A stretch of 64,000 nt of DNA from Myxococcota bacterium (GCA_965223415.1 OZ245002.1:1152001-1216000), one strand, 5' to 3'; shown: positions 36,746 through 48,467, numbered from the stretch's first letter. Made by a program: numbers and translations. The notes: generated by a model not told the origin, from the letters alone.

Positions 36746-38050
36746 ATGACCCGCCTTCTGATCACCCTGTTCGCGCTCCTGGCCCTGGCCCTTCCGGCCA
36801 CTGCCCAGGAAGACGCGGGCGCCGCGCCCTCCTTCTCGGAAGGCGACGTCATCACGATGGACCAGATCGACAAGCTGAAGCCCTTCCTGCCGGAAGAGTT
36901 CTGGGCCAACCGGGACTTCTTCTTCTACGAGGGCATGCAGCTCGAGATCGGCCCGTCCTTCTTCGACTACAGCCCGCCGCAGGTCTACAAGGACGCCACG
37001 CAGAAGTACGCGGGCCAGGTGAAGCTCGGCCCCGAGAACAGCCTGGTCGGTTTCCGCGCCGGCCAGCCCTTCCCGATGGAAGAGGTCGACTGCAAGGGTG
37101 ACCCGCAGGCTGGCGCCAAGATCGCCTGGAACTTCGTGCAGCGCTGGGAGGGTGCCGGCGGCTCGGCGCGCTTCTACTACAGCTACTGGGATCGCGGCGA
37201 GGAGCTGCCCCTCTACTACGAGGGCAACAGCTCCGGCGTGAGCCTCGCGTTCCGGCCCGAGCCCCAGTACGAGGAGACCGAGGGCGATCTCTTCCGCGGC
37301 GAGAAGCGGTACACGGCCGGCGGCCCGAACGTCGAGGCGCCCTTCGACGCCCGCGGCATCATGCTGCTGACCTACCGCTACAAGGACTCCTACAAGCCCG
37401 AGGCCGAGGCCAAGAACGACGACACCTGGGTGTACGTCCCGACCCTCCGCCGGGTGCGCCGCATCTCGACCGCTCAGCGGACGGACGCGGTGTCCGGCAC
37501 GGACTTCACCTTCGACGACCTGTTCAGCTTCAACGGCATCGTCCCGCAGTACGACTGGGAGTGCCTGGGCGAGATGGACCTGATCGCACCGATCAACACC
37601 AAGCAGATGGCCTTCCCGTTCAACCGGGACCACAACTTCGGCCCCTACGGCCTCTCCTTCGCGGACGACCGCTGGGAGATGCGCAAGGCCATCAAGTTCC
37701 GCTTCGTCCCCACCAACGCGGATCATCCCTACAAGTACAAGGACATCTACATCGACATCAACTCGATGGAGCCCCTGTACTCCTTCGCCTACGACCGCAA
37801 GGGCGAGCTGTGGAAGATCCTCTGGCACAACCACCGCTGGAGCGAGAACGATGACTTCGTCGAGTACACCGGCTGGGAGGGCGTCGGCGACCAGGCGCGT
37901 GACAACACGGTGGTGGCCGACATCATCGTGAACGTGCAGACCGGTACCGGCAACCGGATCGAGTTCTGGGATCGCAACGGCGTTCCGATGAAGAGCAAGG
38001 GCAAGATCCGGCGCTACATCGACGTGGGCCGCCTGACCAAGGGCCGCTAG
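36746..38050 (+). CDS. Secreted DUF1329-family protein
   Basis: Signal peptide; PFP...DPQAGAKIAWN; DDTWVYVPTLRRVRRIS; YDRKGELWK. Confidence 0.82.
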   Translation: MTRLLITLFALLALALPATAQEDAGAAPSFSEGDVITMDQIDKLKPFLPEEFWANRDFFFYEGMQLEIGPSFFDYSPPQVYKDATQKYAGQVKLGPENSLVGFRAGQPFPMEEVDCKGDPQAGAKIAWNFVQRWEGAGGSARFYYSYWDRGEELPLYYEGNSSGVSLAFRPEPQYEETEGDLFRGEKRYTAGGPNVEAPFDARGIMLLTYRYKDSYKPEAEAKNDDTWVYVPTLRRVRRISTAQRTDAVSGTDFTFDDLFSFNGIVPQYDWECLGEMDLIAPINTKQMAFPFNRDHNFGPYGLSFADDRWEMRKAIKFRFVPTNADHPYKYKDIYIDINSMEPLYSFAYDRKGELWKILWHNHRWSENDDFVEYTGWEGVGDQARDNTVVADIIVNVQTGTGNRIEFWDRNGVPMKSKGKIRRYIDVGRLTKGR

Positions 38051-38072
38051 GCGGATCCGAGGTCGTCTGATG

Positions 38073-38101
38073 ACGGGCCGGGGCCTCGCGCCCCGGCCCG
38101 T
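38073..38101. terminator. GC-rich hairpin between convergent genes
   Basis: ACGGGCCGGGGC-ctcgc-GCCCCGGCCCGT, 12-bp stem. Confidence 0.75.
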
Positions 38102-38107
38102 TCTCAT

Positions 38108-38935
38108 TCAGGCCCCGGGGCCGAGCCTGTAGACCCGGCCCGCGTTGGCGCCGAAGATCAGCGCCCGCTCGGCCGCGCTGCAGCCGGCGGTGACGGCGCG
38201 GCCCGCGTCGAGCAGCTCGGCGTAGCCCCGGCCGCGCAGGGACACGGGCCAGTTCGTCGCCCAGATCATGCGCGAGGGGCCGAAGTGCTCCAGGGCGTGG
38301 TCGACGTAGCGCTGCCAGCGGGCGGGATCGGCCGCTCCGATGGTCATGTCGAGGCCCGAGATCTTCACGTGGGCCCGCGGGTTGGCGGCGGCCGCGGCGA
38401 AGGCGCTGGCCCAGGGCTCCCACTGCTCCTCGTTCAGCCGCGGGACGCCCAGGTGGCAGATCACCACGTCGAGCTCGGACAGCTCCTCGGCGAAGGTGCG
38501 GACGTGCTCCAGGTGCCGGGGCTCGAAGGCCGAGAGGTCGAAGGGCATGCCGCGCCGTGCGAGCTCGCCCAGGGATTCGAGCACCGGGCGCTGCACGACC
38601 CAGTCCGGGTCCGGCTCGTCGTGGATCAGGTGGCGGACGCCGGAGAGCCCGCGGTGCCGATCGAGGGCGCGCACGGCGGCCTCCGGCTCCGCCAGCGGCA
38701 CCCAGCCCACCACCCCCGCCACCCAGCCCGTGCGCGCCGCCGCTTGGAGCAGGAAGACCGTCTCCTCCTCGCAGTCCGCGGCCTGCACGGCCACGGTGGC
38801 GTCGACGCCGGCCGCCTCCCGCAGTGGCGCCAGCTCCTCCGGGCCGGTGAAGCGATCCAGCTCGGGGAGGAAGCGCAGGAACGGGTAGTCGATGCGCTTC
38901 GGATCCAGGAAGTGGTGATGGGCATCGACGATCAC
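38108..38935 (-). CDS. Amidohydrolase_2 family protein (sugar-lactonase-like)
   Basis: IVDAHHHF, VAGVVGWV, GVRHLIHDE, VICHLGVP, VKISGL, WATNWPV. Confidence 0.88.
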   Translation of the reverse strand: MIVDAHHHFLDPKRIDYPFLRFLPELDRFTGPEELAPLREAAGVDATVAVQAADCEEETVFLLQAAARTGWVAGVVGWVPLAEPEAAVRALDRHRGLSGVRHLIHDEPDPDWVVQRPVLESLGELARRGMPFDLSAFEPRHLEHVRTFAEELSELDVVICHLGVPRLNEEQWEPWASAFAAAAANPRAHVKISGLDMTIGAADPARWQRYVDHALEHFGPSRMIWATNWPVSLRGRGYAELLDAGRAVTAGCSAAERALIFGANAGRVYRLGPGA

Positions 38936-38969
38936 GGCCCCAGCGTGGCGCGTGATACGATCCCCCGCC

Positions 38970-40460
38970 ATGCCCGAAGTGCCGATCCACGTCGTCCCCC
39001 ATGCCGACGTCCCCGCCTGGGGACACCGCTTCGCGCGGGCCCTGGACGACGCGGGCGTACCCCAGCGCGGCGTCGTCGCGGTGCTCCTCACCAACACGCC
39101 GGAGTTCCCGTTCGTCGATCGGGGCGTCGCCTGGAGCGGACGCCGACTCGTCCCGATGAGCTGGCGCTGGACGCCGGAGGAGGCGGCCTACGTGCTGGAG
39201 AACTGTGGCGCGGACGTGCTGGTGGCGGACGCGCGCTTCGCCGAGGCCGCCGTGCAGGCGGCGGAGACCGCGAGGCCTGCGCTGCGTTTCGCCGTGGGAG
39301 GCGACCTGCCGGGCTTCCGGCCCTTCGAGGAGGTGGCCGCCTGCTCCCCGGACGAGCTCGCCGAGCCGATCGCCGGCGACGTCATGATGTACACCTCCGG
39401 CACCACCGGCCGGCCCAAGGGCGTGAAGCGGCCCGAGCGGCCGCCGGGCCCGCCGCCCAACGAGGTCGGCGGACCGGGAGCCGCGATGCTCCAGGCGTTC
39501 GTGCCCGATGCCGGCGACGGCGCGCACCTCGTCACCGCCCCCCTGTACCACGCAGGCCCGATGACCTACAGCCAGGGCGCGGTGCTGCTCGGTGCCGACC
39601 TGGTGCTCATGGAGCGCTTCGACCCGGAGGAGGCGTTGCGCCTGATCGAGGCCCACCGCGTGCGCTCCACGTTCATGGTACCGACCCACTTCGTGCGCCT
39701 GCTCCAACTTCCCGAGGAGACGCGCCGGCGCTACGACCTCTCCTCCCTGCAGCTCGTCGCCCACGGGGCGGCGCCGGTCGCCCCGGACGTGAAGCGGCGC
39801 ATGATCGAATGGCTCGGCCCGATCCTCTTCGAGTTCTACGGCGGCAGCGAAGGCGGGGGCTGCATGATCAGCTCCGAGGAATGGCTGCGGAAGCCCGGCT
39901 CCGTCGGCCGAGCGCGGCCGGGCGTCGACGTGTGCATCCTGGACGAGGACGGCAACCGGGTGCCCGCCGGCACCGAGGGCGGCGTCTACTTCAACCTCGA
40001 GGCCACGCCCTTCGAGTACAAGGACGACACGGAGAAGACCGAAGCCAGCCGCCGCGGCGGTCTCTTCACCATCGGCGACGTCGGCTACCTGGACGAGGAC
40101 AGCTACCTCTTCCTCTGCGACCGCAGCGCCGACGTGATCGTGAGCGGCGGGGTGAACCTCTACCCCGCCCAGATCGAAGCCGTGCTGCTGGAGCTGCCCT
40201 TCGTCGTCGACTGCTGCGTGGTCGGCACGCCCGATGACGAGTGGGGCGAGCGGGTGACGGCGGTGCTGCAGGTGGCCGAGGACGCGACGCCCGCGAACCT
40301 AGAGGACGCCGTCCTCGACCACTGCCGCAAGCGCCTCTCCGGCCACCAGGTTCCCCGCGCCGTCGTTCTCCACCCGGACCTGCCGCGCACCGAGACGGGC
40401 AAGCTCGCCCGCCGCACGATCCGCGCACCCTACTGGGAGGGGCGGAAGCGCCGGATCTGA
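38970..40460 (+). CDS. Acyl-CoA synthetase (AMP-binding)
   Basis: YTSGTTGRPKG, EFYGGSEG, GDVGYLDED, SGGVNLYP, LPRTETGKL. Confidence 0.95.
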   Translation: MPEVPIHVVPHADVPAWGHRFARALDDAGVPQRGVVAVLLTNTPEFPFVDRGVAWSGRRLVPMSWRWTPEEAAYVLENCGADVLVADARFAEAAVQAAETARPALRFAVGGDLPGFRPFEEVAACSPDELAEPIAGDVMMYTSGTTGRPKGVKRPERPPGPPPNEVGGPGAAMLQAFVPDAGDGAHLVTAPLYHAGPMTYSQGAVLLGADLVLMERFDPEEALRLIEAHRVRSTFMVPTHFVRLLQLPEETRRRYDLSSLQLVAHGAAPVAPDVKRRMIEWLGPILFEFYGGSEGGGCMISSEEWLRKPGSVGRARPGVDVCILDEDGNRVPAGTEGGVYFNLEATPFEYKDDTEKTEASRRGGLFTIGDVGYLDEDSYLFLCDRSADVIVSGGVNLYPAQIEAVLLELPFVVDCCVVGTPDDEWGERVTAVLQVAEDATPANLEDAVLDHCRKRLSGHQVPRAVVLHPDLPRTETGKLARRTIRAPYWEGRKRRI

Positions 40461-40467
40461 CGCCGAC

Positions 40468-40551
40468 GTGAAGAAACGGGGCCAGAGTTAAGAATTCAGT
40501 TACGCCCCTTGGGGCGTAACTGAATTCTTAACTCTGGCCCCGTTTCTTCAC
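40468..40551. repeat. Perfect 84-bp palindrome (41-bp arms, TT spacer)
   Basis: GTGAAGAAACGGGGCCAGAGTTAAGAATTCAGTTACGCCCC-TT-exact reverse complement. Confidence 0.97.
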
Positions 40552-41772
40552 TCAGAGGGGGAGGCGGCCGGTGGCGGCTTTGACGTTGCCGTCGCGCAGG
40601 TAGGCCTGGATCGAGCGCTCGGCGATGCGCCACTGGTGCACCTCGTCGGCACCGTCGGCGAAGCGGGCCCAGCGGGCCTGGGTGGCCATCTTGGCCAGCG
40701 GCGTGTCGGTGGAGTAGCCGAGGGCGCCGTGCACCTGAATGGCGCGGTCGATGATCCGGTTCAGCGCGTTCGCGACGAAGTGTTTGGCCATCGACACCTC
40801 GGTGCGGAAGTCGACGCCCTTGTCGATCAGGTAGGCCGCGTGTAGCACCATCAGCTTCGCCTGGTAGAGCTCCATCGAGCTGTCGGCGATCATCCACTGG
40901 ATGCCCTGCTTCTCCGAGAGGAGCGAGCCGTGGGCGAAGCGCTTGGTGGCGCGGTCGATCATCATCTCGAGCGCCGTCTCCGCCTGGCCGAGCCAACGCA
41001 TGCAGTGGGCGAGGCGCGCCGGCCCGAGCCGCGCCTGGCCGAGCAGGTGCCCCTGGCCCGGACCGCCCAGCATTTGGCTGTCGGGGACGCGCAGGTTCGT
41101 GATGCGGATCTCGCAGTGGTTGTGCGCACCGCTCATGGTGTGGACGTCGCGGACGGTCTCCCAGCCCTCGGAGGGCAGGTCCACGAGGAACGCGCTGTTC
41201 GCAGCCTGGGGCGTCTCGGGCCCGTCCTCGGTGCGCGCGATCAGGATCGCGAACTTCGCGCCGCTCGCGCCGGAGATGAACCACTTGTGGCCGTTGATCA
41301 CCCAGTCGTCGCCGTCGCGCACGGCCTTCGTCTGGATCAGTGTCGGGTCGGAGCCCGCGACCTCCGGCTCGGTCATGGCGAAGCACGAGCGCATCGTGCC
41401 GTCGCACAGGCCGCGCAGGTACCTGGCGTTCTGCTCTTTCGTGCCCCAGTGAAGGAGGGTGTGCATGTTGCCTTCGTCGGGCGCCTGGCAGTTCATGGCG
41501 AAGGGACCGAAGCGCGACTTCGCGGCCTCGGCCGACACCGCCGCCATGGCGACGTGCCCCAGCCCCATCCCGCCCCACTCCTCGGGCATGTGCGGCAGCC
41601 ACAAGCCTCGCTGGTGGGCCTCCTTGCGCATCTTGATGACGCCGGCGACGAGGGAATCGCGATCCTCCTCGTCCATCTCGTCCTCGGTGGGCTTCACCAC
41701 CTCGGCGATGAAGCTGCGCACGCGGCCGAGCAGGTCTTCGAGCTCAGGAGGGAAGCTGAAGTCGATGGGCAT
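40552..41772 (-). CDS. Acyl-CoA dehydrogenase
   Basis: NCQAPDEGNM, CFAMTEPEVAGSD, INGHKWFISGA, RAIQVHGALG, FADGADEVH. Confidence 0.95.
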   Translation of the reverse strand: MPIDFSFPPELEDLLGRVRSFIAEVVKPTEDEMDEEDRDSLVAGVIKMRKEAHQRGLWLPHMPEEWGGMGLGHVAMAAVSAEAAKSRFGPFAMNCQAPDEGNMHTLLHWGTKEQNARYLRGLCDGTMRSCFAMTEPEVAGSDPTLIQTKAVRDGDDWVINGHKWFISGASGAKFAILIARTEDGPETPQAANSAFLVDLPSEGWETVRDVHTMSGAHNHCEIRITNLRVPDSQMLGGPGQGHLLGQARLGPARLAHCMRWLGQAETALEMMIDRATKRFAHGSLLSEKQGIQWMIADSSMELYQAKLMVLHAAYLIDKGVDFRTEVSMAKHFVANALNRIIDRAIQVHGALGYSTDTPLAKMATQARWARFADGADEVHQWRIAERSIQAYLRDGNVKAATGRLPL

Positions 41773-41836
41773 GGGGCGTTTCTCCTCTCCACGGGAAGCA
41801 GGCGGAAGCGCGCAGGGTAGGACGAGGCACGAGGGA

Positions 41837-43141
41837 ATGCCTACCTTCTCGCGCCTCATGGACGTCTTCGAGCTCCTCGGTCGTGTTCCCCTCCCCTTCC
41901 TCGCTCGCTGCCGGGTGCCGTCGGACCCGGGCACCGTCGCCTCTCGCGGCGAGGAGGTGAGCCCCTGGGATACCGGCGCCGACCCGAAGGCGCTGGACCG
42001 GGTCTGGGAGGCCGCCGAGGCCCTCTACCGCACGGGCGTGACGCCGGCGCTCCAGCTCTGCATCCGTCACCGGGGCGAGGTCGTGCTCGACCGCACCCTC
42101 GGCCACGTGAGCGGGAACGCGCCCCACGTGGACCCGCGCGCGCCGAAGATCCTCGCTACGCCGGACACCCCCTTCTGCCTGTTCTCGTCGTCGAAGCTCG
42201 TCACCGCCATGATGATCCACAAGCTCGACGAGCGCGGGCTGGTCCACCTGGAGGACCGGGTCGCCGACTACGTGCCGGGCTTCGAGCGCCACGGCAAGCA
42301 GTGGATCACGCTGCGGCACCTGCTCGCCCACACGGCCGGCATCCCGAACCTCCCCTCGGACGCGATGGACCTCGATCTCCTCGCCCACCCGGAACACGTG
42401 GCCGAGCTGATCTGCGACATGCGGCCGTCGACCCGTGCGGGACGCCTCGTCGCCTATCACGCGATCAGCGGCGGGTTCGTGCTCGGCGAGGTCGTTCGCC
42501 AGGTGACCGGCAAGACGATCCGCGAGTTCCTGGCGGCGGAGGTCTGCGAGCCCCTGGGCCTGCGCTGGATGAACTACGGCGTGTCCGAGGACGACCTGGA
42601 CAAGGTCGCCGAGAATGCCTTCACCGGGCCGCCGGTGCCCCCGCCGGGCGGCACCCTCCTGCGCCGAGCGCTCGGCAAGGACCTCGACGAGATCATCGAG
42701 CTCTCCAACGACCCGCGCTTCCTCCGCGGCATCATCCCCTCCGGCAACGTGGTCTCGAACGCGCGGGAGCTCTCGCTCTTCCTCCAGTGCCTGGCCGACG
42801 GGGGCAGCGTGGGCGACGTTCGCATCTTCGAGCCGCGCACCGTGCGCCACGCCCTCGCCGAGCAGAGCTACCGGGAGATCGACCTCACCCTGTTCATGCC
42901 CCTCCGCTACGGCCTGGGCCCGATGCTGGGCGACGACCCGGTCGGCATCTTCGGCCTCTCCAGCGGGCGGGCCTTCGGACACCTGGGCTTCACGAACGTC
43001 TTCCCCTGGGCCGACCCCGCCCGGGAGATCTCCGTGGCGCTGCTCACCAGCGGCAAGCCGGTGCTGAGCGCGCACGTCGTCCGGCTCTTCCAGCTCCTGG
43101 GGGCGATCGGCAACGCCTTCCCGCGCCAAGATCGCCCCTGA
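41837..43141 (+). CDS. Serine hydrolase (beta-lactamase-fold esterase)
   Basis: FSSSK (SxxK), LLAHTAG, AYHA, FGHLG. Confidence 0.88.
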   Translation: MPTFSRLMDVFELLGRVPLPFLARCRVPSDPGTVASRGEEVSPWDTGADPKALDRVWEAAEALYRTGVTPALQLCIRHRGEVVLDRTLGHVSGNAPHVDPRAPKILATPDTPFCLFSSSKLVTAMMIHKLDERGLVHLEDRVADYVPGFERHGKQWITLRHLLAHTAGIPNLPSDAMDLDLLAHPEHVAELICDMRPSTRAGRLVAYHAISGGFVLGEVVRQVTGKTIREFLAAEVCEPLGLRWMNYGVSEDDLDKVAENAFTGPPVPPPGGTLLRRALGKDLDEIIELSNDPRFLRGIIPSGNVVSNARELSLFLQCLADGGSVGDVRIFEPRTVRHALAEQSYREIDLTLFMPLRYGLGPMLGDDPVGIFGLSSGRAFGHLGFTNVFPWADPAREISVALLTSGKPVLSAHVVRLFQLLGAIGNAFPRQDRP

Positions 43142-43212
43142 TGGTGATTTCCCTCACTGTTTGAGGCACTCTCGGTCCCGATGGTTCTGTTGCACCTCAC
43201 CGGGAGACCTCC

Positions 43213-43863
43213 ATGCTGCGTCTGATCGTCCTGCTCCTCAGCCTCGGCCTCGTGTGGGCCGGTCCGGCCACCGAGGCGGAAGCCAAGAAGCGACGCCGCC
43301 GGGTCGTCCACCAGCAGTACGTGATTCCCTTCACCTGCGGGAACAACGCGGCGGATACCAGCGGAGCGCTCCCGGGCGACTACGCCATCGCCATCGACGT
43401 GCTGAACGGCGGCGCCACGGACGTCACCCTGGACGAGCAGGTCCACCTGACCTTCCCGCCCGGCGGCCAGATGCCGGGCTACGTCTCCGACGTCTTGACC
43501 CAGACCCTGGCCGGCGAGACGGCCCTCCAGATCAGCTGCGACGACCTGACCGGCGCCGCTTTCGTCTACCCGAACCCCCCGCCGGCGACGACCTACGTGC
43601 AGGGCCTGCTGCTCATCACCGCCAGCAGCCCGGTCCACGTCTCCGCGACCCGCACCAGCCAGGGCGCGGCGGGCGATCTCTCGGTGGAGACCGAGAAGGT
43701 CGAGCCGATGCCGGTGGCGCCCGTGGCCGACGACCCCGCCGGCCAGATGACGATCTGCCACGTCCCCCCGGGCAATCCGGCTGCCGCCCACACGATCACC
43801 GTGGGCGTGCCCTCCTGGCCGGCCCACCAGGGCCACGGCGATACCCAGGGCGTCTGCCCGTAG
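43213..43863 (+). CDS. Secreted hypothetical protein with a C-terminal His/Cys mini-domain
   Basis: Signal peptide; QYVIPFTCG; C-terminus TICHVPPGNP..AH...PAHQGHGDTQGVCP; GGAG RBS. Confidence 0.78.
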   Translation: MLRLIVLLLSLGLVWAGPATEAEAKKRRRRVVHQQYVIPFTCGNNAADTSGALPGDYAIAIDVLNGGATDVTLDEQVHLTFPPGGQMPGYVSDVLTQTLAGETALQISCDDLTGAAFVYPNPPPATTYVQGLLLITASSPVHVSATRTSQGAAGDLSVETEKVEPMPVAPVADDPAGQMTICHVPPGNPAAAHTITVGVPSWPAHQGHGDTQGVCP

Positions 43864-43873
43864 CCGCGTAGGG

Positions 43874-44422
43874 CTAGCGGAACGAGCGCTCGAAGAGCTC
43901 GTCGATGGCGCGCTGGCCGCTCGCCTCGAGCAGTCGTGTGCCGGTGCCGGCGAAGCGCGTATGCGTGATGACCGGCTCGCCGGCGGGCTCGAAGCTCTCT
44001 CCGTTCCAGTGGTGCCAGGCGCCGCCGGGCTGGTCGAAGACGAAGAGGAGCTTGTTGCAGAGCTTCGCGAACTCGGCGCCCCAGCCGGTACCGCCCTTCA
44101 CCGTGCCGTCGTCCTTGATCTGCCCGACGACGTAGATCTCCTGGCCGCTGTTCACCTGGTGCCAGATGCTCTGGAGCACCTTGCGAAAGAGCGGCGTGTC
44201 CCGGTACTCGCGGTGCATGAGCTTGCCCACGTAGGCCAGGCTCACGTCGCCCTGCTGGAGCTCCGCCGGGGTGAGCACACGGATGCCGCGGGTGCGGGCG
44301 TCGTTGTGGCCCTCGAAGGTGAAGTTCACCTCCGCCACGCCGTGGCGCTCGGCGGCCGCGCCGAACGCGGCCTCGGCGCCGTTCGCCGCTCCGCTGTACA
44401 GGACGCACTCTTCGGGCTTCAT
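43874..44422 (-). CDS. Conserved hypothetical protein, possibly SLOG superfamily
   Basis: LYSGAANGAEAAF and VKGGTGWG motifs; GAGGAGG RBS. Confidence 0.7.
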   Translation of the reverse strand: MKPEECVLYSGAANGAEAAFGAAAERHGVAEVNFTFEGHNDARTRGIRVLTPAELQQGDVSLAYVGKLMHREYRDTPLFRKVLQSIWHQVNSGQEIYVVGQIKDDGTVKGGTGWGAEFAKLCNKLLFVFDQPGGAWHHWNGESFEPAGEPVITHTRFAGTGTRLLEASGQRAIDELFERSFR

Positions 44423-44574
44423 CCCACTTCCTCCTCGCGAGCGGGCACAGCATGACAGCCCGGGCCGGGGTTGCCAGCGCCGACCGGTGGAACCTCCCAC
44501 GCGACCTCAGGCCTCTCCCCGAGCCCCTCGGGTGAAGCGTCAAGCCGCCGCCCGCGGGCGTCGAAAGAGGGAGC

Positions 44575-45102
44575 ATGCATCGCCCCACCGCCCTCCTCCT
44601 CGGCGTCCTGGCCCTGCTCGCGATGGCGCTGACCCCTTCCACCGCCTTCGCCAAGAAGAAGAAGGTCTTCTGGTACCAGTACGCCGTGCCCTTCACCTGT
44701 GGCACCAACGCCACCGACCCGGGCCGCACCCTGATGGGCGACCACGCCACGGTCATCCACGCCGTGAACGGGAACCCGGTGGACGCGACCCTCCACGTGG
44801 GCCTGTCGCTCACCTTCCCGGGCGGGAACCTCAGCGAGGGCTGGAGGTCGGAGCGGGCCGAAGTCACGCTCTCGGCCGGCGCGGCGACCCAGGCGAGCTG
44901 CCAGGACGCCCTCGACCTGGCCAGCCTCATGGTCCCGCCGCCCTTCCCGATCCCGCCCTACGTGCAGGGCTACGCGGTGATCCAGAGCAGCCGGCCCCTC
45001 GACGTCCAGCGCAGTCACGCGGTGGAGATGGCCGGCGGCCAGGTCGCCCTGACCAGCCAGGCGATCGCCGGCCGGCCGATCGTTCCGCCGCCGGCTCCCT
45101 AG
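44575..45102 (+). CDS. Secreted hypothetical protein, paralogue of 43213-43863
   Basis: Signal peptide; YQYAVPFTCG, LTFPGG, QASCQD, YVQG shared with the paralogue. Confidence 0.78.
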   Translation: MHRPTALLLGVLALLAMALTPSTAFAKKKKVFWYQYAVPFTCGTNATDPGRTLMGDHATVIHAVNGNPVDATLHVGLSLTFPGGNLSEGWRSERAEVTLSAGAATQASCQDALDLASLMVPPPFPIPPYVQGYAVIQSSRPLDVQRSHAVEMAGGQVALTSQAIAGRPIVPPPAP

Positions 45103-45108
45103 GCCAGG

Positions 45109-46824
<1,716 letters not shown>

Positions 46825-46909
46825 GGGAGAGCCTCCTGGAGTTGAAACGTGTTCCAATTCTACCCGAGGCGGGCTGATTTCTGCCGGCCCCCCGAGGGGG
46901 GCAACTCCC

Positions 46910-46938
46910 TGAAACGGGGGGTGCGCCGCTCGTGTCAT
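46910..46938 (+). promoter_or_regulatory. Possible ECF-sigma autoregulatory promoter
   Basis: TGAAAC-N15-CGTGTCAT, 37 nt upstream of the ECF gene; AAC and CGT/GTC elements are typical of ECF promoters. Confidence 0.4.
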
Positions 46939-46975
46939 AGTGAGGTGGCGGAAGGCGTTTCTGGGGGAGCGCAGC

Positions 46976-47590
46976 ATGAGCAGCACGACGACGAGCCCGA
47001 TGACCGGACGCATCAGCACCGCCGGCCCGGCCGATGCCGAGCTGGAGCAGCGCTGGCTGGCAGGGGACGAGGGGGCCCTGGCGGAGGTCCACGGCCGCTA
47101 CCGAAGGCGGCTCGAGGGCGTCGCCTACCGGATCGTCGGCAACCGGGCCGATGCCGAGGACGTGGTCCAGCGCGTCTTCGTGGCCCTGCCGCGGGCGGCC
47201 TACGCGGGGACCGCGAGCCTCTGGTCGTACCTCTACCGGGCCGCCGTGAACGGCTCCGTCAACCTGCTGCGCTCGCGCCGGCGCCGGGCCGGCCTGGAGC
47301 GGGAGGTGCTCGCCCAGTCGCGGATGAACGGCCAGACCGCCTCCAGCCCCGAGGCCCAGGTGCTGGAGGGGGAGATCCTCGCCGTCGTCGCGAAAGCCCT
47401 GCTGCAGGTGAAGCACCAGCACCGGCGGGCGCTGGTCCTACGGATCCACCACGGCCTCTCGAACGTGGAGATCGCCGAGCGCGAGGGCGTGCCGCCGGCC
47501 ACCGTCGGTACCTGGCTGCGGCGGGGCCGGGAAGAGCTCCGCCACGCGCTCGAACCGATGCTGCGGGACATGGGGAGGGGAACGTCGTGA
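46976..47590 (+). CDS. ECF RNA polymerase sigma factor
   Basis: ADAEDVVQRVF, WSYLYRAAVN, GLSNVEIAEREGVPPATVGTWLRRGR. Confidence 0.92.
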   Translation: MSSTTTSPMTGRISTAGPADAELEQRWLAGDEGALAEVHGRYRRRLEGVAYRIVGNRADAEDVVQRVFVALPRAAYAGTASLWSYLYRAAVNGSVNLLRSRRRRAGLEREVLAQSRMNGQTASSPEAQVLEGEILAVVAKALLQVKHQHRRALVLRIHHGLSNVEIAEREGVPPATVGTWLRRGREELRHALEPMLRDMGRGTS

Positions 47591-48015
47591 TCCACTGGAA
47601 CGCCCGGCGTCTGCTGCCCCAGGTGCTGGACGGCACCCTCCCGCCCCTGGAAGAAGGTCTCGTCCGCGAGCACGCCGGCGGCTGCCGCCGCTGCGGGCGG
47701 GTGCTGGCGGAGCTCGAGGCCTGTGAGCGGCTGCTCCAACAGCTGCCGGTCTCCCTCGTCCCCCTGGAAGAGCCCGCAGGCCGGGTCGACCGCCTGATGG
47801 CGCTCTCGCGCTGGATCCTCGACCCGGAGCCGAGCTGGGGAGAGCGCCTCGGCATGTCCGCCCTGGGTGCTTTCGCGGCCGCCGCCGTGCTGGCCGTCGC
47901 GCTCACCGGCGGGAGCTTGCCGCCGCCTCACCAGGCGCCGGAGAGCCCCCTCGCCCTGGCCAGCGTGGTGGCCTTCCCGGACTCGGAGCTGGTCATGATG
48001 GGCCGCTGGCGCTGA
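47587..48015 (+). CDS. Zinc-finger (ZAS) anti-sigma factor
   Basis: HAGGCRRC (HxxxCxxC) plus one TM; GTGA overlap with the sigma gene. Confidence 0.85.
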   Translation: MIHWNARRLLPQVLDGTLPPLEEGLVREHAGGCRRCGRVLAELEACERLLQQLPVSLVPLEEPAGRVDRLMALSRWILDPEPSWGERLGMSALGAFAAAAVLAVALTGGSLPPPHQAPESPLALASVVAFPDSELVMMGRWR

Positions 48016-48221
48016 CCCGCCGGTCGAGTCGGCGGCCGAATCGGGTGACATTCCACCCACCCGGCGACACGACCCCAGCTACCCCTCAACCGGTTGTTTT
48101 CGCAGCGGAATCTCCGCCCCCCCGGGCTCTGTGGGGTTCTGCGGACTTCGCCGGGGCGGCCTTCGGCCGCTACCATCGCCGGATCGCCCGGCCGGGCGAG
48201 CACGTCGAGGCACCCCCCGCC

Positions 48222-48467
48222 ATGAACCGCATTCGCGCTGCGCGACAGGCACGCGGCTGGACACAGGCCGAGCTGGCCGAGCGCGCGCAGGTTTCCCCGC
48301 GCACGATTCATGCGATCGAGAAGGGACAGGCGTGTCGCCAGGCGACGAAGCGCAAGATCCTTACCGCGCTGGGTGTGCCGTGGGAGATGCGCGAGGACTA
48401 CTTCCCGCGGCCCGTGCGCGTGCCGGTGCGGCAGCCCGCCGTCAGTGTCGTCGGCGAGAGCGCCTGA
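48222..48467 (+). CDS. XRE-family HTH regulator
   Basis: NRIRAARQARGWTQAELAERAQVSPRTIHAIEKG. Confidence 0.88.
   Translation: MNRIRAARQARGWTQAELAERAQVSPRTIHAIEKGQACRQATKRKILTALGVPWEMREDYFPRPVRVPVRQPAVSVVGESA

Noticed and set aside
41837..43141. Beta-lactam resistance gene
   Set aside because: No signal peptide and a lipid-catabolic context; more likely a cytoplasmic esterase.
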